A stretch of 64,000 bases of DNA from a virus (IMGVR_UViG_3300027754_005993:1-64000), one strand, 5' to 3'; positions 1 through 8,909 are shown, counted from the stretch's first letter. The notes: generated by a model not told the origin, from the letters alone. Translations and numbers: made by a program.

Positions 1-540
1 ATGAAATCCTTTAAGCAATTCATTACCGAAAATAAAAATCCATATTGGTTTCGTGGACCAAATAAAACGGTAGACTTGGCAGTCTTTCGGGATCATCCAG
101 AGCATGGTAAACAAGTTCTATTGATCCAAAGAAAAGAAGGAACAACTGAGGGTGGAAAATTTGCCCTTCCTGGTGGGTTTATCAATACATCTACTAAAAA
201 GGGAGAAGTCTGGGAAAATGATCATGACACAGAAACTCCACACGAAGCAGCATTAAGAGAAACTGCCGAAGAGACTGGACTTCAATTGAATATGAAGGAT
301 CACGGACATCTAATACACCATGTCGGAGTTTATGAAGGTGGTGGAAGAGATCCTAGAGATAACCCAGAGGGTTGGTCAAAATCTCACGCATTTACTATGA
401 CCATACCACATACACAAGGAAATGAAGTTCGTGGAATGGACGATGCTGTTGGAGCGTCTTGGCATAGTATAAATAAATTACCAGAATTAGCATTTGATCA
501 TGCTAAAATATTATCAGATGCAATGAGAGGCACAAAATGA
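1..540 (+). CDS. Nudix hydrolase (ADP-ribose pyrophosphatase/NrtR-like) with N-terminal capsid-targeting-like tag
   Basis: Nudix box ALPGGF...ETPHEAALRETAEETGL, RDPR motif, DDA...W...LAFDH C-terminus; starts MKSFKQFITE. Confidence 0.9.
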   Translation: MKSFKQFITENKNPYWFRGPNKTVDLAVFRDHPEHGKQVLLIQRKEGTTEGGKFALPGGFINTSTKKGEVWENDHDTETPHEAALRETAEETGLQLNMKDHGHLIHHVGVYEGGGRDPRDNPEGWSKSHAFTMTIPHTQGNEVRGMDDAVGASWHSINKLPELAFDHAKILSDAMRGTK

Positions 541-1052
541 ATCTAAAACAATACTACAAACAAATATTAAAAGAAATGACAGAGTCTAATACAGATGAAA
601 GAATGGAAAGAGCAGCGGCAGATATTCATAAATCTTGGATGGAAAGACCTGGAAATGAAAAAAGTGACTGGAATGCTGCTCAACATAAGCCATATGAAGA
701 ACTTCCAGAATCAGAAAAAGATAAAGACAGAGCACACATTAGAATACTTCAAGGACTAATGTCAAATGATTCTTCTATCGGACATATGATATCATCACCT
801 GAGCATCATGAAAAAATTGCTGATGTTATGGGAGAAAAACTTCATAACGATTGGTGGTTAAATTGGAGATCAACTGCTCCACAAGAAGAATTAAATAAAC
901 CAAGAATGAGAGCAAGACTTGGACCTGATGGTGTTAAATCTATGGTAGATGTTAACCAACCATGGGAAAAATTAGGACCAGCAGGACAATATGATAATTA
1001 TCAAGCAGGCCTCGCCGCTGTAAAGGCATACAAAAAACATTTCTTATCATAA
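537..1052 (+). CDS. RyR-domain-like protein, variant tag (MNLKQYYKQILKE)
   Basis: IHKSWM...PYEELPESEKDKDR and a second LHNDW...PWEKL repeat resemble the RyR (PF02026) pattern; ATGA overlap with the upstream gene. Confidence 0.6.
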   Translation: MNLKQYYKQILKEMTESNTDERMERAAADIHKSWMERPGNEKSDWNAAQHKPYEELPESEKDKDRAHIRILQGLMSNDSSIGHMISSPEHHEKIADVMGEKLHNDWWLNWRSTAPQEELNKPRMRARLGPDGVKSMVDVNQPWEKLGPAGQYDNYQAGLAAVKAYKKHFLS

Positions 1053-1061
1053 ATCAATTTA

Positions 1062-1712
1062 ATGAAATCCTTTAAGCAATACATTACCGAAGATGATATA
1101 GAACTTGTTTCAGTGCCACGCGGTGTACGCACAGCGTTGAAAAAAGCAGATGATGAATTCAAAGACACTCCCAAGAGGAACCTTGGCGAGATCACTCCAG
1201 GTTATTCCATTCACAAGGCTGGTGGAGACTTCTACATCACTCACGATTCAAGCAAGAAGGTAGTTGGGCATATTGCAAATGAGACTCCTCACAAGAGCAG
1301 AGATCTTTTGGTGCAAAAGATAATCATTCATCCCGAACATACCGCAAAGGTCATTGGATATTCTCTTCCAGTAGCAGCATACAAGCATCTTTGGGATCAT
1401 CATGGTTATGAGATCACAAGTGATTATGAGCATAGTTTAGGTGGTCTAAAGATATGGCATAATATCATTGCTGATCCTGATACCAGTAAGCATGTCCATG
1501 CTATACATCATCCATATGGCGGGAAGAAGACAGACCTTGGTCTAGCGAGTAAGTTGCCAACGAGCGACATATGGTTATCGGGTAGTGCGGGAATGAGACG
1601 CAAAGCGAGAAGGAAGGGCGTGCAAGTAGACAAGCTTGCAATGATTGGAGATACCCCTATTAATAAAGCAAGCAATGTTAAGCTTGTGTTGAAGAGAAAG
1701 ATAAAGAAATGA
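1062..1712 (+). CDS. Tagged putative internal head protein, divergent GNAT-like fold
   Basis: Starts MKSFKQYITE; IHPEH...GY...AYKHL...ITSDYEHSLGGLKIW resembles the phage GNAT-like SDxxQ[ST]xxGxxxW motif. Confidence 0.55.
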   Translation: MKSFKQYITEDDIELVSVPRGVRTALKKADDEFKDTPKRNLGEITPGYSIHKAGGDFYITHDSSKKVVGHIANETPHKSRDLLVQKIIIHPEHTAKVIGYSLPVAAYKHLWDHHGYEITSDYEHSLGGLKIWHNIIADPDTSKHVHAIHHPYGGKKTDLGLASKLPTSDIWLSGSAGMRRKARRKGVQVDKLAMIGDTPINKASNVKLVLKRKIKK

Positions 1713-3802
1713 AATCCTTTAAAAATATTATTTTGCAAACATTACTTGAGACTAAAAGAATCGTTATATCTGAAAGTGCAAAAGATGATGCATTTTTTTC
1801 CCGATATGCAAAAATACACGAGTCTCATCCATTAATTGCTGCAAATCCAACAGAAGCAAAAAAAAGAATATTGTATGTAAAACCATTCGCGGCAAATCAC
1901 GATGAAGCAACATACTTATCAAACGCTGCTTTACATAATCACTATAGAGTTGGAGAAGATGATCTTGCAATTACCAATACTTTAAAAAGATGGAGAAAGT
2001 CAAAGAAAGAGGGTAAAATTTCTGAAAATATGGCAGACTTTACTCATAATAAATTAAATGAAAGATTAAATGAAATTGATCCTCCAGATTATGATGTAAA
2101 TAATTCCTCTAAAACAGAGCAACCTGGAGGATCTGTTCCAGAGCTTCAAAAATTTCATATCGGAAATTTTTCAGATCCCAAACATGGAAATCTTTCTGTT
2201 TATCATCTTGGACCAGATCACTCCGCAAAAGAAGCAAAGATCTTTCGCACAAAACTAAAAACAAACTCTGCTCAGAATTGTAATTGGTGTGTATTGGATA
2301 GTCCAAGTTTTTTGCAGAAATATAGACAAGGACATGGATTTTTTGGATATGCAAATAATAAAGGAAGATTTGTGGTTGCACACGGAAACGGGGATCGTGG
2401 AATTGTAGACCCCTTTAATACTGTTATGACTGGAAAGTCCCGATCTCATATAGTTGATAATACAGAAAAATTATTAGACAAGTCTTATGGACCGAATCAT
2501 GCAATAACTAAGGACTATGAAACAGCAAATGGTACTGATTTGAAACGATTAACTCCAAGTGAAGCAATTCAAAGAATTGACACTCACTTAAGTAATTATA
2601 ATGACCTAAGTTATCATGATATAGTGGATGAGATCCCGACTGACCAAGAAAAATTTCATAATATATCTGACCATTTTGCTTCCAGTCCTGATACTCATCC
2701 AGAAATATTAAAAAAACTGTATGTAGCACATATGAGTATGGGCGATAGTGGAAAATATGAGTTTCCGTTCGTGAGTGATACTCCTCGTGAAGACAATGAG
2801 CAAAAAATTCATCAAATAATAAATCACAAAAATGCTCCATCAGATCTTATTCATCATTATTTAGGAATTCATCCAAATCCAGAATCTACAACACCCTCAA
2901 TTAATGATCGCGACCACGATGATGTTCATTGGGATACTGTTAACAAATTTATAGCAAAATCTCCAAAAATAACAAAACAAATGGCTCTAGATGTAGTAGA
3001 TAAAAGTGAGGATGGATATCATAACCCTGATAGTAATATGCATGAAATGGGTAGACAAATGATACAGCATCATGCAATTCGCGAACCAGAAATATCTAAA
3101 ATAGTATCAGATAGGATAAGAGATGATAATCTGATGAAGATCAGGCACGAAGAAGAACAATTCTCTAAGCACACGGGAGATTCCCAGTTTCCTTCACCAT
3201 TTGAACATGCTATGCATAGTAAATATTTTAAACCACATCACGCTAAACAAATAATTCAAGGTTTTCTTGACAAAAAAGTTACCCCAACCGATATGTCTCA
3301 TCTTTTACATTCGGATATACATGCAACTAATGAAGATTTACATAAAATATATGATAACTTCGAAGAAGTTCCAGATGAAAATGATGAAAATAGAACAAGT
3401 TATGTTTCTGCAATTAGAAGTTCTGTATTAGATCATCCAAATTTTATTCCATCAGAAAAGCAAAAAGAAAATATGTTTTTGCATAATGAACAACACTCAT
3501 TCCTTAAACATAAAGCTCTTAGTAAACCTTGGATAACACCAGATCATTTGGATCTTGCAATAATGGATTCTGATCCGAGTATAAGAGAAAAAGCATATTC
3601 TCATCCAAGAGCAACTCAACAGCACATGCAAGAATTAAAAAAAGAAGACTCAAGAGACTTTTTACATACGCAGTTTGATACTGGTTTTAACAATTTTAAC
3701 AAACGGAGAGAAAGTATAATATCAGATTTTAATTTAAGAAATAAAATAAAGGATGACATTACTACTGTCGTTCGTAAAAAAGCAATTCAAAGACCATCAT
3801 AA
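1709..3802 (+). CDS. Tagged 697-aa putative internal head protein with a WC-motif domain and helical (LRV/HEAT-like) repeats
   Basis: Starts MKSFKNIILQTLLE; NWCVLDSPSFLQKY motif; repeated HPN/HKNAP/HPRAT helical units. Confidence 0.55.
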   Translation: MKSFKNIILQTLLETKRIVISESAKDDAFFSRYAKIHESHPLIAANPTEAKKRILYVKPFAANHDEATYLSNAALHNHYRVGEDDLAITNTLKRWRKSKKEGKISENMADFTHNKLNERLNEIDPPDYDVNNSSKTEQPGGSVPELQKFHIGNFSDPKHGNLSVYHLGPDHSAKEAKIFRTKLKTNSAQNCNWCVLDSPSFLQKYRQGHGFFGYANNKGRFVVAHGNGDRGIVDPFNTVMTGKSRSHIVDNTEKLLDKSYGPNHAITKDYETANGTDLKRLTPSEAIQRIDTHLSNYNDLSYHDIVDEIPTDQEKFHNISDHFASSPDTHPEILKKLYVAHMSMGDSGKYEFPFVSDTPREDNEQKIHQIINHKNAPSDLIHHYLGIHPNPESTTPSINDRDHDDVHWDTVNKFIAKSPKITKQMALDVVDKSEDGYHNPDSNMHEMGRQMIQHHAIREPEISKIVSDRIRDDNLMKIRHEEEQFSKHTGDSQFPSPFEHAMHSKYFKPHHAKQIIQGFLDKKVTPTDMSHLLHSDIHATNEDLHKIYDNFEEVPDENDENRTSYVSAIRSSVLDHPNFIPSEKQKENMFLHNEQHSFLKHKALSKPWITPDHLDLAIMDSDPSIREKAYSHPRATQQHMQELKKEDSRDFLHTQFDTGFNNFNKRRESIISDFNLRNKIKDDITTVVRKKAIQRPS

Positions 3803-3816
3803 TTTAAATTAAACAA

Positions 3817-4587
3817 ATGAAATCCTTTAAGCAATACATTACCGAAGATGATATAATGGGTGGTCATGACCCCAATAGCACCATTAGTATTCATCGTAAA
3901 AAAGGATCATTAATCCCCAATCTGAACTCATTGGTTGCCAAGATAGGAAATGTATTTTCTCCAACCGAAACTACTCAAACATTGAAGTTGGATGATAATC
4001 ATCATATTCACATAGACCATGACAAAGAACGCAGTAGAATGTCAGTTCGTCTGATGTCCAGTAAACCTGGTCATGAAAAATCACCATTGATGACTTATCA
4101 CGCAAGTCATTGGGCCCAAGAAACTATTTCAACACCAGATGGCAAGAAGGTGGAAATGTATAGCGGGACTCCCCAAAAGGCGAGAACTGATGTTCGTCGA
4201 GGTGTTGTTAAAGTTCCTAAGAATTTCTTTCATGCTATTGTGAATGCTACTGGTGTTGGCATCATGTCTGGTGGAAGTCAAACTAAGGGTGGAGTCAACA
4301 TGTGGAGAAAAGCAGTTCGTCATGGACACGAAACAGGTCACTCTGTTGAATCTATACATGAAATAGGTCCAAGATTCGCCAGTTCATATCAGATGATTGG
4401 AAGAATCACTCCAAGAAATTTTCAGGATGCCTATAATCTTGATGTTAGCACAAGAAAAAAAGGAAACACATCCAGTGTTCCAAGAATGTTTAACCACATA
4501 GACCCCGAGAATCCCAAGCATCGACCTGGTGTCACTAGAGTCTTTACTCGTCTTGTGGTTCTTCCCAAGAAGGAAAGCATTCAATGA
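3817..4587 (+). CDS. Tagged putative internal head protein, divergent GNAT-like motif
   Basis: Starts MKSFKQYITEDDI (DNA identical to the 1062 gene start); IMSGGSQTKGGVNMWRK motif. Confidence 0.55.
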   Translation: MKSFKQYITEDDIMGGHDPNSTISIHRKKGSLIPNLNSLVAKIGNVFSPTETTQTLKLDDNHHIHIDHDKERSRMSVRLMSSKPGHEKSPLMTYHASHWAQETISTPDGKKVEMYSGTPQKARTDVRRGVVKVPKNFFHAIVNATGVGIMSGGSQTKGGVNMWRKAVRHGHETGHSVESIHEIGPRFASSYQMIGRITPRNFQDAYNLDVSTRKKGNTSSVPRMFNHIDPENPKHRPGVTRVFTRLVVLPKKESIQ

Positions 4588-5771
4588 AATCCTTTAAACA
4601 AATATTGTGGGAGGCAGATTCTAGCGAACCTGATATTGATCGTGATCCACCACCAGCGCGTTTTCCAGGAAAAAAGACAACTCCACCTTCACCTCCAAAC
4701 TTAAATCATCTCGAATATAAAGATCGAATTGCTGTAGAACACAAAGCGGTGTTACATGAGATTGGGATGAGAAAAGACATAGCGAGTAAATCATGGATGG
4801 GAGCGAGGGGAGAATACAAAAAAGTTTCGTCTCCTGATCATCATATTCACACGATATTGAGCAACCCCGAATTCTTTGATACCACCCATACAGAATTAGA
4901 AGGCCTTGACCCTTTGGCAGCACATGGCAATTGGTCGAATAAAATAATGGAGCATATTGGCAAGAAGGGATTTCTTCGAGTTGCCAATAACTCAATTGCA
5001 TATCCTGATCCATCTCAACCAAACATCATGCATGTATATCATGTTTATAGCGTTTCTCATCATGGTTGGAATGGAGACAATTCATCCTTCGTGGAACCTC
5101 TTAAGCATATACGAAATAATATCACTAAGCACATGAATACACCAACTGATCGGGTAATGATTGATTTACATGGTGGAGCAGGAGGATTTGGATTATCATT
5201 TACCCCTCATACTAGACATATATTGAAATCGGTAGAGGATATAGATGATTTCATAGCATCCCCTCCCCCGAGATACGAAGAGTTTCAAAGAAAATCACGC
5301 GATAGAATTGGAACTCTTCCTGAAACACCACGCATTCCTAATTCCACAGAGATTCGGGACCTTATTCCAAAGACTCCACCAGCTGATTCTATAGTGCCAC
5401 AGGCTATATGGAATAATATGAGAAAACTTGGAGACTCCTACCAACCTCTACGATCCTTTTCATCCTTTATACAGGAAGAGAAAAAACAACAGACTCTTGG
5501 TAATCATGTCAGTATTAAATTGAATGATCCAGAGGCACATGTATGGGTCGCTCGAAGTGGGTCCACTAAATCAGTAGGAAGTGTCACTAAAGAATTCTCT
5601 CCTCATCACTTTGGAGTGACCGTGCGAAACACAGATACATTAGATCCAAAATATCTTTATTACATGCTACAACATGTACATGGGTCTAAATATTATGAAG
5701 GGTTGGCGAATGGCGCAACCAGTCTGGTTCATATCAAGAGAGAGCATATTGCCAATATACCAATAGGATGA
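4584..5771 (+). CDS. Tagged two-module protein; internal second tag followed by an HsdS-TRD-like small domain
   Basis: Starts MKSFKQILWE; internal LRSFSSFIQEE (R at 5451); C-terminus LDPKYLYYMLQ...LANGATSLVHIKREHIANIPI. Confidence 0.6.
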   Translation: MKSFKQILWEADSSEPDIDRDPPPARFPGKKTTPPSPPNLNHLEYKDRIAVEHKAVLHEIGMRKDIASKSWMGARGEYKKVSSPDHHIHTILSNPEFFDTTHTELEGLDPLAAHGNWSNKIMEHIGKKGFLRVANNSIAYPDPSQPNIMHVYHVYSVSHHGWNGDNSSFVEPLKHIRNNITKHMNTPTDRVMIDLHGGAGGFGLSFTPHTRHILKSVEDIDDFIASPPPRYEEFQRKSRDRIGTLPETPRIPNSTEIRDLIPKTPPADSIVPQAIWNNMRKLGDSYQPLRSFSSFIQEEKKQQTLGNHVSIKLNDPEAHVWVARSGSTKSVGSVTKEFSPHHFGVTVRNTDTLDPKYLYYMLQHVHGSKYYEGLANGATSLVHIKREHIANIPIG

Positions 5772-5776
5772 GTTTC

Positions 5777-6484
5777 ATGAAATCCTTTAAGCAATACATT
5801 ACCGAAGAGGCAGATCCTGAAGGTGTTTTGATTCACGGAAATAAGATCATCGTCGGTGTAACACATGAGACTCCTATTCGTATTGCTGATTCACAATTAA
5901 AAACAAAGATTCAACAACACGGAATGAACCATGGATTTTACTACGAAGGTAAACCTGGTCCTGATATAAAACAATCTGATCTGGGACTACACGATGTAAG
6001 TGACTATAAGGGTGGGTTTGATGAAGTGAGACTTCAGCAACAAAAAAGATCTCAGGATATCAAACCACATAACCTTTCCCTGATATTTGGAAATGTCAAT
6101 ACAAACTGGGGTAATGGTATTTCGGATCATTTTAAGTCTGGTACTGTCTTTGACGGTATTCATTCCTGGGCAAGAAGTCACTTTGGAGACTTTGTGACTC
6201 CAGAACATGTTTCTGGCTTATTGAAAGCAGCAAGTGAAAATACAGATCATGATTTTTTATCTCTGGCGAAAAAGACTCCAGCTGCCAGTGGAAAAGAATT
6301 CTTAGGGAAGATAGAAAAAATTGCATGGCCTGACGATTGGGCAACGAAGAAAAGAACTGCTGGTCCTGAAAAATTGGTGGATGCCGAGACACAAGAACGC
6401 GACACACACCTAATCCATCATATGCCAGCAGGAGTCTATGTTATTGGGGGTGGGCATTTGAAATCAATAAATAAAGTTATATAA
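5777..6484 (+). CDS. Tagged putative internal head protein, unknown function
   Basis: MKSFKQYITE at 5777 is preferred over the ATG at 5768. Confidence 0.7.
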   Translation: MKSFKQYITEEADPEGVLIHGNKIIVGVTHETPIRIADSQLKTKIQQHGMNHGFYYEGKPGPDIKQSDLGLHDVSDYKGGFDEVRLQQQKRSQDIKPHNLSLIFGNVNTNWGNGISDHFKSGTVFDGIHSWARSHFGDFVTPEHVSGLLKAASENTDHDFLSLAKKTPAASGKEFLGKIEKIAWPDDWATKKRTAGPEKLVDAETQERDTHLIHHMPAGVYVIGGGHLKSINKVI

Positions 6485-6492
6485 GACGCATC

Positions 6493-6951
6493 ATGAAATC
6501 CTTTAACCAATTCATTACCGAAGTAGTAAGTTTTAAAAATAATTCTTCATGGGCATTATCTCCATCGCATGGATTTGAAATAAAACCATCTGGTACTAAA
6601 GAACATCCAGATCTTTTTAGACATTTGGATTTTATGGGTAGAGAATCTAAAGTATCTTCGTTTTCGCGTGGTCCAAAAGAGCGTGCAACAGCATGGGGAA
6701 GAGTAGATCCTGATAATAAAGTTGTTCACATTATAACACAGAATGGAGGGCTGTCTCCTAATCGACTTTCTAGAGGATTAGAAAATGATGTATTTGCAAG
6801 ATTGGAAGCTATAGAACATCTTAAAGAACGATATCCAGACTATAGAGTTCATGTATCGGGTGGTTGGGATTTTGTAGGAAAACCTACAATTGTTACTCAT
6901 GGGTATTCAGAACACGAAAAACATTTGACAGGTATGCTAAGACAACCATAA
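6493..6951 (+). CDS. Tagged putative internal head protein, unknown function
   Basis: Starts MKSFNQFITE; flanked by a 19-bp direct repeat. Confidence 0.7.
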   Translation: MKSFNQFITEVVSFKNNSSWALSPSHGFEIKPSGTKEHPDLFRHLDFMGRESKVSSFSRGPKERATAWGRVDPDNKVVHIITQNGGLSPNRLSRGLENDVFARLEAIEHLKERYPDYRVHVSGGWDFVGKPTIVTHGYSEHEKHLTGMLRQP

Positions 6952-6959
6952 GACGCATC

Positions 6960-7250
6960 ATGAAATACTTAATACTTGTTCTGGTTCTTTTGTTCACTCG
7001 TCCTTCTATGGGAGAGACTATAATTCTTCCCGTTCAAGACCTTCTATATGAGGTTCCTAACTTTACCAACGCTCCCAAGTTCAATCTTGGTGCAGCGATC
7101 AATGGTGAGGTTGTGTTAGAGACACCCAAGAAAATAACGAGAAAGTCCAAACGGGAAATAGAGAGAAATATTATAAATATATTATGGGAAGAATATCCCG
7201 ATGCTCAGAGCATACGAATCTGGCATGGAAATGTAATAATAAAAATATGA
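6960..7250 (+). CDS. Small secreted protein resembling a planctomycete secretin N-domain segment
   Basis: Signal peptide MKYLILVLVLLFTRPSMG; VQDLLYEVPNFTNAPKFNL and SIRIWHGNVII motifs; start moved from 6864 to the ATG at 6960. Confidence 0.5.
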   Translation: MKYLILVLVLLFTRPSMGETIILPVQDLLYEVPNFTNAPKFNLGAAINGEVVLETPKKITRKSKREIERNIINILWEEYPDAQSIRIWHGNVIIKI

Positions 7251-7927
7251 AGTCATTTAAAAACTATCTAACCGAATTACGCGCGAATCCTCATCAGGAT
7301 GATTTTGGTGCTGAGCATCTTGCAGAATTTTATAATAAATTACAAGATAGAATGCATGAAACTCCATATTCGCACCCCGACACTCATGGGTCGTTTCAAT
7401 TTCCCAGTATGCTACATGCGCTTGAATCAATGCATTCCTCAATTGCATATGCATCAGTAATGGATGGTGCTCCTCCACATTTAGCAAATGTCAAAGAGGT
7501 TGGAAATAAACTAGCATCAAGTGCAGTAAATTTTTATGGTACTATAAAACCACATCTCAATTCTGTGCTTACCCAAGTTAAATCTGAATATCCTGCCACA
7601 CATCCAATACACAGTATGTCCAATAATATGTTATTAAATGGGTTCATGATAGCACATGGCAATGCTGCGCACGAAGATCTAAGGCACAATGCTAGTATAA
7701 TTGAAATAGCTGGTGGTTCACCAGAAGATGGGCAAGTAGAACACCATGTCATAAATCATATTCTTAGAAATTCCCGTGCCATTGGGACTGCTTTGGAAAA
7801 ACACCCACATCAATTTATTTTTAATGGAGCTGGAGATTCGTTAACACATCCTGATACGACTCCTCCCGCAAAGTTTGTTCCAAATATTCCTAGACCACAA
7901 GATCCTACTCCACCCAATAATAACTGA
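7247..7927 (+). CDS. Tagged His-rich putative internal head protein
   Basis: MKSFKNYLTE at 7247, ATGA overlap with the upstream stop. Confidence 0.7.
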   Translation: MKSFKNYLTELRANPHQDDFGAEHLAEFYNKLQDRMHETPYSHPDTHGSFQFPSMLHALESMHSSIAYASVMDGAPPHLANVKEVGNKLASSAVNFYGTIKPHLNSVLTQVKSEYPATHPIHSMSNNMLLNGFMIAHGNAAHEDLRHNASIIEIAGGSPEDGQVEHHVINHILRNSRAIGTALEKHPHQFIFNGAGDSLTHPDTTPPAKFVPNIPRPQDPTPPNNN

Positions 7928-7934
7928 TAAAAAT

Positions 7935-8894
7935 ATGAAATCTTTTAAGCAATGCATCTTAGAAACATCAGAGCAAAAACCTCTAAGTGATACTTTTTTC
8001 ATTCATAAAAGTGGAAAACTTATTGAAGCGACAAAAACGCCATTAGAGTCTCAATTTGCAGATCATGCTTATATTCCATTCACTCAACCACACGATTTTG
8101 GAATGACTGAAAACCAAATGGATGATTTGACAAACTTTAGCGATCAAGAAAAATTACATTTATATAAGACTGGAAGTGCTCCATATGAAGGTCGTATATT
8201 TCACCAATTATCTGAAAGAGGATTTCTAAAGGGAGTCCATTGGGATCAGTCGGATACTAAAACACATAAAATTAGATTGGAAGCTGCTACAGGTTCTCAT
8301 GATACTCGTCATGGTATTGAAGACATGAGTGAAGCAGTAAGAACATTGAGATCTAAAATTCCTGAAGGGCATAAGGCACAGATATTTATAGAAGGCCTTA
8401 GGTATCATACATCAGCGGATCTTGGTGAAAAACCAAGAACAAGATTAAGTGAAGACCACATAAAGGACTTAATTACTCACGGTAGAGTGCGCTTTCAAAA
8501 TGTCGAGGAGTTGGATAGATTTTTGGGTAACAGCACCAAAGTATCTAGAGATCCAGGATCTGGTGTAGATCAAATTCCATCTCCAGAGGAAGCGAGAAGA
8601 AAAGCAGGAGATACTGGTGAACCACCATCAATTCAACGAGGAAGATTCTTTAAAAGCGAGTCTTATAATCATATGAAGTCGTTCAAGGACTTTCTATCTG
8701 AAGATGAAATTGAACCAGTGAAACCAGTGGTTCCCATTCGACCAGACCCTCCCAAGAGAAAGCAACCGTATCCAAAACCAAAACCTGGGGAGAAGGAAAC
8801 TGAACTTCCTGTACTTCCTGAGAGAGAACCCGATAGATTTGATCCAACCAGGGACTTTCCAGAGTTCAAACCATATAAAAGAAATGCCAACTAA
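7935..8894 (+). CDS. Tagged two-module protein (paralogue of 4584..5771) with internal second tag and Pro-rich tail
   Basis: MKSFKQCILE at 7935; in-frame internal MKSFKDFLSE at 8673. Confidence 0.7.
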   Translation: MKSFKQCILETSEQKPLSDTFFIHKSGKLIEATKTPLESQFADHAYIPFTQPHDFGMTENQMDDLTNFSDQEKLHLYKTGSAPYEGRIFHQLSERGFLKGVHWDQSDTKTHKIRLEAATGSHDTRHGIEDMSEAVRTLRSKIPEGHKAQIFIEGLRYHTSADLGEKPRTRLSEDHIKDLITHGRVRFQNVEELDRFLGNSTKVSRDPGSGVDQIPSPEEARRKAGDTGEPPSIQRGRFFKSESYNHMKSFKDFLSEDEIEPVKPVVPIRPDPPKRKQPYPKPKPGEKETELPVLPEREPDRFDPTRDFPEFKPYKRNAN

Positions 8895-8901
8895 ATAATA
8901 T

Positions 8902-8909
8902 TATAAATA
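8902..8909 (+). promoter_or_regulatory. T4-type late promoter TATAAATA
   Basis: Exact gp55-type consensus about 20 nt upstream of the ATG at 8929. Confidence 0.7.

Noticed and set aside
1-8000. The repeated 30-39 bp tag DNA as a CRISPR array or integron attC sites
   Set aside because: The repeats are in-frame coding starts separated by 0.5-2 kb genes and are not palindromic; no cas or integrase gene is in the window
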